From positions 11,220,352 through 11,284,351 of the forward strand of contig NC_092678.1 of the NCBI RefSeq assembly GCF_964355755.1: a DNA stretch of 64,000 bases, given 5' to 3'. Below the pieces are notes generated by a model, which saw only the letters and a list, made by a program, of their open reading frames with translations, did no database searches and was not told the DNA's origin. Within the stretch, counting starts at the first letter, position 1; each line of letters starts with the position of its first letter. Of this stretch, positions 23,222 to 34,092 are shown piece by piece. Source of the DNA: Antedon mediterranea. Its lineage: Eukaryota; Animalia; Echinodermata. A program made the translations under genes and the position numbers.

Positions 23222-24690
23222 ATGCCGAAAGCTCAAGAGGCCGTACAACGTCGGCTGCGGTCCCAAAACCCACTAGGAAGAAGGCAACGGCGAACAAAGA
23301 GACCCCACCACTAGACTACGCCAAACTGGCGGCTGAAGTTGAGAAGGTATTGAAGGCGGGCGAGGCAACTGGCCCCATGAAACCAGGCGGCAGTCCTCTA
23401 ACAACTCAAGCCGTGACTGTGGATAATGCCACACAGGCTCAGCCATTGGACGCGTCTGTAAACGTTCTCTTTGAAGGTGAGCCGTCTCGGGCCGACATAA
23501 CAATAACTGTCTCGATTGCTCTGGGCAGTAATGTGCCACTATTGGTTAAAAATAAAATATGGGCAAATGGATACATTGACCTCATGACTCTGATCAATAA
23601 CGACAATGATACTACTGGGGTCTCGTTATCAATTATTGATAAACAACTCCGTATATTCCACATTTATTTAGTCATCAATTACAGTACATCATAATTACAG
23701 TACAACTGAAAACAGGGATCCTGCATAAAAAAGCTGTAGCTTCGGGGTTTTTTGTAGGACCCTTTTACATAAGAACAAGTATATAAACAAAGGTGTTGTT
23801 AATCAGCATATAGTGATAAAAAGTATTTTTTGACCTGTTTTTTTATACATTTATTTTGTTTCTTTAAGAAAGTTTATTACCACCATTACAAGTGAATTCT
23901 TTCCACAATTTTGGTCCATATATGTTGACTGCAAGTTAGTCTTGTGAAGGGAATTTCGAATTCAGTTTCTGTTCTGAGGTTATGAGTAGGCCTAATACTG
24001 TCACAGTAATTAAAAATATTTAAAATGTGATGTGGTAATTCATTGAATTTTACGTTTGCCATAAATCCTATGACGTTTACTTTGTAAATATCATAAACGT
24101 TTAATATTTTTAGTTTCTTAAACAGTGGCTCTGAGGCTTGTCTGGATTTAGAGAAGGTAATGCATTTTACAGCTCTCTTTTGGAGTTTTAATATTACTTC
24201 TAACGTGCTCTTGTATGTATTTCCCCATATTAAGTTACCATACTGAAGGTGAGGTAATACTAAGGTGTTATAAAGACTAATACGGACTTTATGAGGAAAG
24301 AATTCTTTTACTTTTAAAAGTATACCAATTGCCCTAGACATTTTTTTCCTAATAAGCTGTATGTGATTAAGATTTTCGTTTAAAATTACACCTAGAAATG
24401 TCACATTTTCTTTTCTATTTAATAACACATTATTCATTTTTATTTTAAACTGGTTTAAGAGATACAGACAACAGTAAGAAAAAGTTAATCACAATTACTG
24501 AATGGATGCGGGCAGTTACAATATACATGTCCATATTTGTTGAAAAATCGCCTGCTCAATGTTTGCCTATGCTTAAATATGTCAACAACATACTAGAATT
24601 ACATGCTTTGGGGAACCTGAACTGGCGGACCTATGACGAAAGTTTTCGCAAAGCACGACAGGGCAGGCCTTTAAATTCGGATGTGCTTCA
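23222..24690 (+). pseudogene. Ngaro Gag-like ORF, frameshifted and split by a LINE insertion
   Basis: KNKIWANGYIDL upstream of the insertion; EWMRAVTIYMSI...LKYVNNI...WRTYDESFR downstream. Confidence 0.75.
23655..24458 (-). mobile_element. 5'-truncated Crack/L2-group LINE 3' fragment
   Basis: ORF 23886-24437 (FLGVIL, LYNTLVLPHLQYGNLIWG, LQKRAV) followed by a 3' UTR with AATAAA. Confidence 0.85.
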
Positions 24691-24693
24691 CAG

Positions 24694-25854
24694 GTTTCCT
24701 ACGACACAATCGATGATGTAGTTAGATTAGTATTTAAAAATGGACCTAGGGCATTAATGTCTAAGACCGACATAGAAGACGCCTTCATGATTATCCCTAT
24801 TCACCCAGATGATTACCATTTGCTGGGGTTTTCTTGGGACGGCAGGTTCTTTTATGACCGGTGTCTGCCTATGGGCGCCAGTCGCTCATGCAATATTTTC
24901 GAATCATTTAGTAAAGCGTTAGTATGGATACTGCATAATAAATTTAATGTAAGGGATGTATCCCATATTCTGGATGATTTTTTCTTCGTCGGCCCTAAAG
25001 ATTCTAATGACTGCCACAACGCACTGTCTCAATTTTTATATCTTTGCGACAAGATCGGGGTTCCTATAAAGGCGTCTAAGACTGTAACTCCGACTAATGT
25101 CATTACAATATACGGGATTGAGGTGGACACAGTCTTGATGGAATGTCGCCTCCCGTTACCTAACATTGAAAAACCTGTAACAAAAATAAAAGAATTTTTA
25201 AATAGAAAAAAAGTCACACTGCGCGATATGCAATCAATGGTTGGCTTGCTTAATTACGCTTGTAGTGTGGTAGTGCCGGGTAGGGCGTTTTTACGCCATA
25301 TGATAAACCTCCTGTCATTAGCTAAACATCCATCTCATTTCATTCGCTTAACTCATGGAGTTAAGGACGATTTGCGGATATGGGTAACATTCCTTGAATC
25401 TTTTAACAGAAAAGCCCTTATCCTTCCAGAAAAATGGCTAAATTCTTCGACACTGCGCTTATTCTCCGATGCAGCTGCATCTATTGGTTGCGCCGCAGTA
25501 TTTTGCGACAAATGGTTTTTCGATCGCTGTTTTGGAGTTATTTCCAATTGTTATTGCCCTAGAAATATGGGGGCATGAGCTCGCTAATCGCCGCATTTTG
25601 TTAATTATAATTCAGCTGTTGTGGCTGTTATCAATAAGAAATCTGCTAAAGACAAAACGCTTATGCGTCTTATTCGGCGGTTAGTACTTATATGCCTCCA
25701 GTATAAGAAACAATTCCGTGCAATGCATATTCCTGGAGTAGATAACGTGTTGGCGGATCTTTTATCAAGGAAAAAAATTTACAGAGGCTTTGGAATCTTT
25801 CCTTCTATCAGTCCAAATCCAATTCATGTTCCGTCCTACCACATTTATATTTAA
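24694..25854 (+). pseudogene. Ngaro RT/RNase H, N-terminally deleted and frameshifted
   Basis: KTDIEDAF, DRCLPMG, HILDDF, FSDAA, LELFPIVIALEIWG, HIPGVDNVLADLLSR. Confidence 0.9.
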
Positions 25855-25894
25855 TTCATTCCTATTTACAGGTGTTGTGTGTTCTGCAAACAAC

Positions 25895-26800
25895 ATGGTA
25901 CCCCTTAGCTGTGAAGCTACAACACTCATTCACTCGTCATTGGCGCCAGCCACGGTTAAGGCGTATCAACGCAATATTCAAAAGTTGGCATCACGGTTGG
26001 GAAAACCCGTTCAGCTCTCTGTAAACCCGGCTACGGTATGCAACTTTGTGACACATTTACATGGTCTACAATATGCACCTAGAACGATTTCGTCTATCAT
26101 TTCGTCTGTCTCTTTTATACACAAACTAGCAGAATTACCCGATCCTTGTCATTCGTTTTTGGTTGTAAACATTTTACGTGGCGTGCATTATGCTTCGGAT
26201 CGTCCGGATGTACGCTTGCCTATCACTGCAGAAATTTTGACTAAATTGTTAGCGTGTCTAGAGTCGATCGAACCCAGTTTTTCTTATAGATTACTTTTCA
26301 GGGCTATTTTCCTTACCGTGTTCCAAGGGTTCTTCCGGATTGGTGAATTGGCCGTAGGAAAAAGGGACGCGGATAAGAAGGTCGTGCAACGCAGTGATCT
26401 ATGTATTTCTGGTAATTCAGCGTCCTTAACTATATACCATCACAAAACCGGCGTAGGCAAGCCCCCTATCCACATTTCATTCAATAGTGCTACGGGCGCT
26501 CGGTTCTTTCCAGTAAAATGTTTACATGATTACACCAAACATTTTCGGCATACCTCTGGTCCTTTGTTCCAACATATGGACGGTCGGCCGATTGCGGCTC
26601 GGTTCATATACGCAAAACTAAAATAGTCGATTTGTTTCATTGGTCTTGACCCTACATTATATAAAGGTCATAGTTTTTGTATCGGCGCCGCAACTCATGC
26701 TGCTTCCCTGGGTTTAGCGGAGAACACTATACAACAATTTGGGCGATGGAATTCTAAGGCCGTACAAAATTACATAAGAATCCAATCATTTTCCATAACT
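25895..26800 (+). pseudogene. Tyrosine recombinase of the Ngaro element, inactivated
   Basis: SLAPATVKAY, DVRLPIT, GFFRIGEL; after an in-frame TAG (26624) GHSFCIGAAT (catalytic R to C) and GRWNSKAVQNYIR. Confidence 0.9.
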
Positions 26801-26990
26801 ATAGAAACGCTTTCGTATTTCGGATTGTTCGAGCTTGGCCTCGCGAGACAAGTTTGTTTCTGTTGGTCCTATCTGTCGAGCTTAGCTTCAGATATTTTTT
26901 TATGTTTGTTTGTCTGGGTGGTAACCCTCTTTGTTTGTCGGGTTTGTGGCATGTTCACCCAGCAAACTTGTATTTTAATTAGTTTTAGTT

Positions 26991-28530
26991 TAGTAAGTGT
27001 CGTGGGCCACACACAAAGAACAAAAGAATGAACCTCGCACTCTGTTCTGTATTTACGTTGTAAGACGTTTATTAAAACTGGACCGTAAATCGAATCATTA
27101 AACAGACTAAACACACAAACACAAACCCCTGTAATACCAATCAGAGAAAAATAACATTACAATGATATAAGGTAAACTCTTCAACTTATACCTACGCATG
27201 ACCTCAATTTATCATAAATAATACAACTCAAATAATAACTTCTCAAAGTTATCTATCTCCATCAGTTTACATCATTATAGCATTCAGCCAATAACACATC
27301 TTTAACTCGGGAAATTATATCATAGCAAGTCCTCAAAATAGTAATGTTATTAAACAATCACAATACCTGCAATGCCCTCCTGTAACACTAACACAGCTTA
27401 GTATAGTTACAATTAAAAACGAGTTGCCCTCAAATCAGCTCGATTTACTGCAGTCAGCAATTGTCAGTAACACCAACCATCTAAAATAATCAATTACAAC
27501 TACTAATATAACTACCGTACTTATATGCAACAACATAATCAGAAACTTAACGCTACCGATATCGTACATGGGCGCCGCCATCTTTGTTGTTTACATTATA
27601 AGAATACATGCTAGAGGGCGCTCGACGAAACCAAAAACTCAATGTAAACGATCGGTAACTGATCAACTCTCAACAGTTCTTAACTTATCAAAGTGATTAA
27701 ACAATCTACAAGGTGAAATATAACTTCAACTTCATAAAAGAGTACTGTATACAGTACATAACATGGCAAACAAGGCCATAGAACCCGTTACTGTCATTAT
27801 TCTAGCTCATTTATATACAATACAAAGTCTTTGATTGTTACATATGGTAATCAAATTCACACGACCATGCAGACATCACATGGTAATCACTACTACTACT
27901 AGGCCTAATTTACGTTACATCACTTGTCATTTAAAATGTCGATTACCGTCAACAACATTAATTTAAGCTAATAATCAAAATCACTATAAACTACTTGAGG
28001 AAGCATAGCATACTAGACTTACAATTAAAGTGGTTTTCTTCGCAAAAAATTAACAAACCAACAATCTTTAAACTCTTCTTAAACACGGCTTATCCTCCTC
28101 GAGCCTTTATCTCAACTCCCACGAGGTAATTGCTCTCCCCACAACCTTATAACAACGACGCTACCTAAATATTAATGCGCATACGTACAAAATCACCAAG
28201 GCAAACATTCTATAATAATAAAGTAGTTCCAATCAAAATAATTATTTAAGTGTAAAATATGAATAAATTGAATAGAATCATTCTCAATAAAAGTAACAAA
28301 TATAATTCCAGTCTCCGACATAAGTCAAGTTAATCTTTGGATTCTTGATAACCATGCATATTATATTTAACATTCAATATATATTTATGTGATTTTATGT
28401 AATAACCAAGGTGTTTAGTTAGTAGTAGCTATTGTCCGTACATATACGGTACACTTGATAGGGGAAGCCCATACATTATGTATACGTCTTAGATGGAACT
28501 AAATTAGTTATGGGCTGCCCCATTATTACA
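26991..28530 (-). mobile_element. Probable solo LTR of a Gypsy-type element
   Basis: Minus strand starts TGTAATAATGGGGCAGCCC and has the same CGCCCTCTA...AxATGGCxGCGCCCATG block and similar 3' architecture as the Gypsy-1 LTR; no TSD found. Confidence 0.45.
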
Positions 28531-28640
28531 ACTCTATTATTATATATATATGCTATTATGTGTTTCGTCATTTAAATAAATATGACAATTTCCATCCGAG
28601 TTGGTGTCTAATGTATTTTTCCGTCTGGCCTATTGCGGCA

Positions 28641-29075
28641 TAAAAGTTTTGTCGGAATGCTCAAAATGGTCTAAAACGTTTCCAAATACGATATTAAGCT
28701 ATTTTGTGGACTTTGATATTTTTGTGTAAAAGGTTTTAACGAAATGTTTAAAATGGTCTAAAACGGTTTCAAATGTGATTTTAAGCACTTTGATATATTT
28801 GTGTAACCAAGTTTCATCGAAATGCACAAAATGGTCTCTCCAAATGCGATTTCAAACTATTCTTAGCACTTTGATGTTTTGTATGAAAACATTTTTTCGA
28901 ACTGCTCATAATGGTCTAAAACGGTTTCAAATGGGATTTTAAGCACTTTGATATATTTGTGTAACCAAGTTTCATCGAAATGCACAAAATGGTCTAAAAC
29001 GTCTCCAAATGGGATTTCAAGCTATTCTTAGCACTTTGATTTTTAGTTTGAAAAAGTTTTTTCGAAATGCTCAAA
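28641..29075 (-). repeat. Satellite A block, inverted orientation
   Basis: AAAATGGTCTAAAAC repeats. Confidence 0.95.
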
Positions 29076-29390
29076 ATAATAATAATAATAATACCAGATT
29101 TATATAGCGCCCTTTTCATGAGTAATCATGCTCAAAGGCGCTTTACAAGCATTATTACCCCAGTATTTTTTGGGATCAAACACATATGGAAACATACTTC
29201 CATAATGCAGCCGGTAACCAGCGCAGTTGTGTCTAGATCTAACTGGGTACCCATTTATACACCTGGGTGGAGAGAGGCAACGTAAGTAAAGTATCTTGCC
29301 TACGGATACAAGCAATGCGGCGAGAGTTGGATTCGAACCTAGGTCTGACGATCGGTAGTCCAACGTCCAACACACTGCGCCACACGAGGC
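29076..29390 (-). mobile_element. tRNA-derived SINE with conserved central domain (Meta/V-like) and L2-type tail
   Basis: A box TGGCGCAGTGTG, B box GGTTCGAATCC, core CCTCTCTCCACCCAGGTGTATAAATGGGTACC, tail GTAAAGCGCC...GGCGCTATATAAAT..(TAT)n. Confidence 0.9.
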
Positions 29391-29400
29391 GTGTGGCGCA

Positions 29401-31058
29401 ATAAATAATAAAACAATTACAGAAGCAAAAAACAAAAGCAGATAATAAAACAATTACAATAAAATAAATGAAACAAGGATACACTTACTAACTATAAAAT
29501 TAAATAATACACTACATTTGAATAAAGCTACATGAAATTAGCAGTTAACAGTTTCTTAAAAAGAGAGACAGTGTTCACATTTTTAATATCTTCATGTAGC
29601 TCATTCCAAACCTTGGCACCTCTATATGATAAGCTACGTTTTTTGTAGTTTGTTTTTGGTTTTGGTACTATTAAATTTGGCTTAGTTCTAATATTATAGT
29701 AATTGTTTTTGATATTGAACTTATTTAATAAATATGGAGGTGCAAGGTTGTTCATAATCTTAAACATAACAATAGCTTCATTTATATATAATCTTTCATC
29801 TAAGTTCATCCAATTTAGACTTTGTAGAGCTTGAGTACTAGAGTCGGTTTGAGATTTGTTTGTAATAGCTTTTGCTGCGCGATTTTGAAGAACTTGTATT
29901 GTTTTACTTTGAGTTATATTTGAACGTCCCCAAACAACATGGCAATACTCAAGATGAGGAGCCATAAGTGATTTGTATAGTTTGCATTGAATTTCTTTTG
30001 GAAATATATTATTAGTGTTTTTTAAGTAGTACAAGCTCTGCAAAGCCTTAGATTTTACATTATCGATTTGTGAGCACCAAGAAAGATTATTATCTAATAT
30101 CACACCAAGGTGTTTACATTTATTTACACGAGAGATTGGTTCTCCATCTATGTTAATGTTGACTTGTAAGTCAGATAGTTTACTTAACCTCTGTCTCGTT
30201 CCAATTAACATAAATTCAGTTTTTTTAACATTTACTGTGATTTACTGTATCAAAAGCCTTCTTCAAGTCTATCATTACTAACCCAATATAATTTCCAGTG
30301 TCAATGGCTTCTAGCCAGGTCTCTGTGATATTAAGCAATGCAGTCGTAGTTGAGTAGCCTGGTCTAAACCCAGACTGATTTTCATATAGCATTTTGTTTA
30401 GATTTAGGAAATCATAAACTTGTTCAAATACAACTTTTTCAAGAACTTTAGATAATATTGGAAGAATTGAAATTGGCCTATAGTTATTACATTCATTTTT
30501 ATTTCCACCTTTGTGAAGAGGGCAGATCTTGGCCCTTTTCCATTGTTTTGGAAAAGTTAAATTTTTTAAAGATAAATTAATTATATATGTTATTGGGTAA
30601 ACAATTTCATCGATAGCGATTTTAGAAGATTAGCTGGTATTTCATCAGTTCCAGTCGCTTTTTTTGATGAAAGTGAGTTAAGAAGTTTATGTACGTCTTG
30701 TTTATTAACATATTTAAAAGTTAATTTGTCGTTAGTATTATTTACATCATTAGTAAAGTTAGAGAGTTGATTAGTAGATTGAATACTTTGAGCTAATGTT
30801 GGACCCACATTGGAAAAATATTTATTTAATACATTTGCAATATCTTTAGAATTAGTTACTTCATCATTTTCTTCATCATTTGTGGTTTTAATACTTGTTA
30901 TATTCATGCTTTTAGTTTTGCCAGGAATAATTAATTTAATATTTTCCCATATCTTTTTCTGATCTTTAGTATTGAGTTGTTCAGAAAAATAGTTCTTCTT
31001 ACTTTTTCGAAGTTCATAATTTACTTGATTTCTTAATTTTCTATATTCGGGCCAAGGC
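29401..31058 (-). mobile_element. Truncated L2/Daphne-like LINE ORF2 with RT core deleted
   Basis: KKATGTDEIP, NYRPISIL, DLKKAFDTV joined directly to VNVKKTE; KHLGVILD and LQNRAAK downstream. Confidence 0.88.
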
Positions 31059-31197
31059 TGATTTTAAACACTTTGATATATTTGTGAAACCAGGTTTCAT
31101 CGAAATGCACAAAATGGTCTCAAACGTCTCAAACTGCGATTTCAAGCTGTTCTTAGCACTTTGATGTTTTGTTTGAAAAAGTTTTGTCGGAATGCTC
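31059..31197 (-). repeat. Satellite A remnant, inverted orientation
   Basis: Continues the array that was interrupted at 29075. Confidence 0.9.
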
Positions 31198-33096
31198 TCT
31201 TTGAGTAAAAGCCTCCTTCAAATAAACGCCACCATTCCCTCTAATAGAACACCATGTGGAATATGGCCGCCACATGCATTTGCACAATAATTGTATCACA
31301 ACATTAACTACCATAATCTACAATTTACCAAGCATTTTTTTCACTTTTTGATATTAATTGTGCTCTATTTTTTTTTTACATCTAGGTGGTATTTATTTGA
31401 TTATACATATTACCTTATTATAACCCAAATAAAGATGCCTCCCCTCCCCCTAAAAACCCTTTTGAACAATAAATGCCCGGGGAGTTTAATCGGATACACA
31501 TGGCAAGTTACTTCTAGCATTCTGAAAAGAACTGTTGAGCTTGACGTTTATATCAAAATGTTCTCGCGGACAGCAATAACTAGTAGGCCTACTTGAAATT
31601 GAAACAATTTAAAGTATCATATTGCATAAAATTACTGTCTAAGGATAAGTTGTGTAGAGATATGTTTTTTGTTTGAAACATTTGTAATAGTATTTTCTTC
31701 TCATCTTTTAACCACATTTTCTATTACAATGAATGTAATTATGTATATTTCGAACAATTTGATACCAAATTTAAGTTTCTACGACCAGTACTTACAGAGA
31801 TATGAAGATGTCCTGGTATGTGGGTCAAAGATCAGAAATGGCATTTCTGATAATTTTTGACTAAAATTTGCCATTAGATTGAATATGAACCAGTGGTTGC
31901 CGAGATACAAGTACCTTTATTTCTTTGTTTATATAACCCTTGACCCTGACCCTTTGACCTTTTGTAACATTTTTCAAAATGTATAACAAATAACAGAATA
32001 TATATTTCGAAAAATTTAAAACCAAATTCAAGTGTCTACGACGAGTAGTTATGGAGATAAATATGCCCTGGGTGGTGGGTCAAAGGTCAGAAATGGCATT
32101 TCCGGTCATTTTAAACTAAAATGTCCCATTAGACTGAATATAAATGTATACTTTCTGATCAATTTGAGACCAAAATTACTTCGCTGTGACCAGTGGTTGT
32201 TGAGATTTAAGGACATATTGGTGTTTGGTCTTATGACCTTTCACCTGACCTTTTGACCTTTCGCCACATTTTCAAAATGTGTAACCAAGCCAAAAATGAT
32301 TGTTTGACCACCCTAAACCTAAACTAAATTTCTGAAGTCAAATTCTCTGGACCTCAAAGTGCATACGAAAGTTGATCTAGCTACTATAGTATTTAGACCA
32401 TATTGAGCATTTCGACAAAAAATTTCATACAAAACATCAAAGTGTTAATAATAGCTTCAAATCGCGTTTTAGACGTTTTAGACCATTTTGTGCATTTCGA
32501 TGAAACTTGGTTACACAAATATATCAAAGTGCTTAAAATCACATTTGAAACCGTTTTAGACCATTTTGAGCATTTCGAAAAAAACTTATTCAAACAAAAC
32601 ATCAAAGTGCTAAGGATAGCTTGAAATCGCATTTGGAGACGTTATAGACCATTTTGTGAGTTTCGAAAAAACTTGTTAACATAAAAACAGCAAAGTGCTT
32701 GGAAAAGCTTCAAATCGCATTTGGAGACGTTTTAGACCATTTTGTTCATTTCGATGAAACTTGGTTACACAAAAACATCAAAGAGCACAAAATAGCTTAA
32801 TATCGTTTTAAAAACGTTTTAGACCATTTTGAGCATTTCGACAAAACTTTTTCACACAAAACATCAAAGTGTACAGAATAGCTTCAAATCGCATTTGGAG
32901 ACGTTTTAGACCATTTTGTGATTTTCGAAAAAACTTTTTAACATAAAAACACCAAAGTGCTCAGAATATCTTCAAATCGCATTTGGAGACGTTTTAGACC
33001 ATTTTGTGATTTTCGAAAAAACTTGTTAACATAAAAACACCAAAGTGCTTAGAAAAGCTTCAAATCGCATTTGGAGACGTTTTAGACCATTTTGTG
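31198..33096 (+). repeat. Segmental duplicate (foldback arm + adjoining satellite A) of ~36276-38173
   Basis: Near-identical sequence at offset about 5076 (e.g. ORFs 31669/36745, 32032/37108), extending into the same satellite variants. Confidence 0.92.
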
Positions 33097-34089
33097 CATT
33101 TCGATGAAACTTGGTTACACAAATATATCAAAGTGCTTAAAATCACATTTGAAACCGTTTTAGACCATTTTGACCATTTCGAAAAAACTTTTTCAAACAA
33201 AACATCAAAGTGCTAACAATAGCTTGAAATCGCATTTGGAGACGTTTTAGACCATTTTGTGTATTTCGGTGAAACTTGGTTACAAAAATATATCAAATCA
33301 AAATCACATTTGAAACCGTTTTAGACCATTTTGAGGATTTCGAAAAAACTGTTTCAAACAAAACATCAAAGTGTTAAGAATAGTTTGAAATCGCATTTGG
33401 AGACGTTTTAGACCATTTTGTGCATTTTGATGAAACTTGGTTACACAAATATATCAAAGTGCTTAAAATCACATTTGAAATCGTTTTAGACCATTTTAAA
33501 CATTTCGATAAAACCTTTTACACAAAAATATCAAAGTGCACAAAGTAGCTTAATATCGTATTTGGAAACGTTTTAGACCATTTAGAGCATTCCGACAAAA
33601 CTTTTTCAAACAAAACACCAAAGTGTACAGAAAGCTTCAAATCGCTTTTAGCGACGTTTTAGACCATTTTGAGCATTTCGATGAAACTTGGTTACTCAAA
33701 TATATCAAAGTGCTTAAAATCACATTTGAAACCGTTTTAGACCATTTTGAGCATTTCGATAAAACTTTATACACAAAAATATAAAAGTGAACAAAATAGC
33801 TTAATATCGTATTTGGAAACGTTTTAGACCATTTGGAGCATTTCGACAAAACTTGTTCAAACAAAACATCAAAGTGTACAGAAAAGCTCATTATCCCATT
33901 TGGAAACGTTTTAAACCATATTGAGCATTTCGAAAAAATGTGTTAACATAAAAACATCAAAGTGCTAAGAATAGCTTGAAATCACATTTGAAACCGTTTT
34001 AGACCATTTTAAACATTTCGATAAAACCTTTTGAACAAAAACATCAAAGTGCACAAAATAGCTTATTATCGTATTTGGAAACGTTTTAG
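32392..34089 (+). repeat. Satellite A block
   Basis: About 20 monomers of 78/86-87 bp. Confidence 0.95.
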
Positions 34090-34092
34090 TTT

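Larger units (their letters stand above)
23200..28640 (+). mobile_element. Decayed Ngaro-type (DIRS order) tyrosine-recombinase retrotransposon; ends approximate
   Basis: gag, RT/RNase H and YR are all on the same strand, with no methyltransferase visible; interrupted by a LINE fragment and a probable solo LTR. Confidence 0.8.

Noticed and set aside
22691-23314. 207-aa repetitive ORF
   Set aside because: Product of the stop-free 19-bp minisatellite.
29280-29390. tRNA gene
   Set aside because: The A/B boxes belong to the SINE head and are followed by SINE core and tail.
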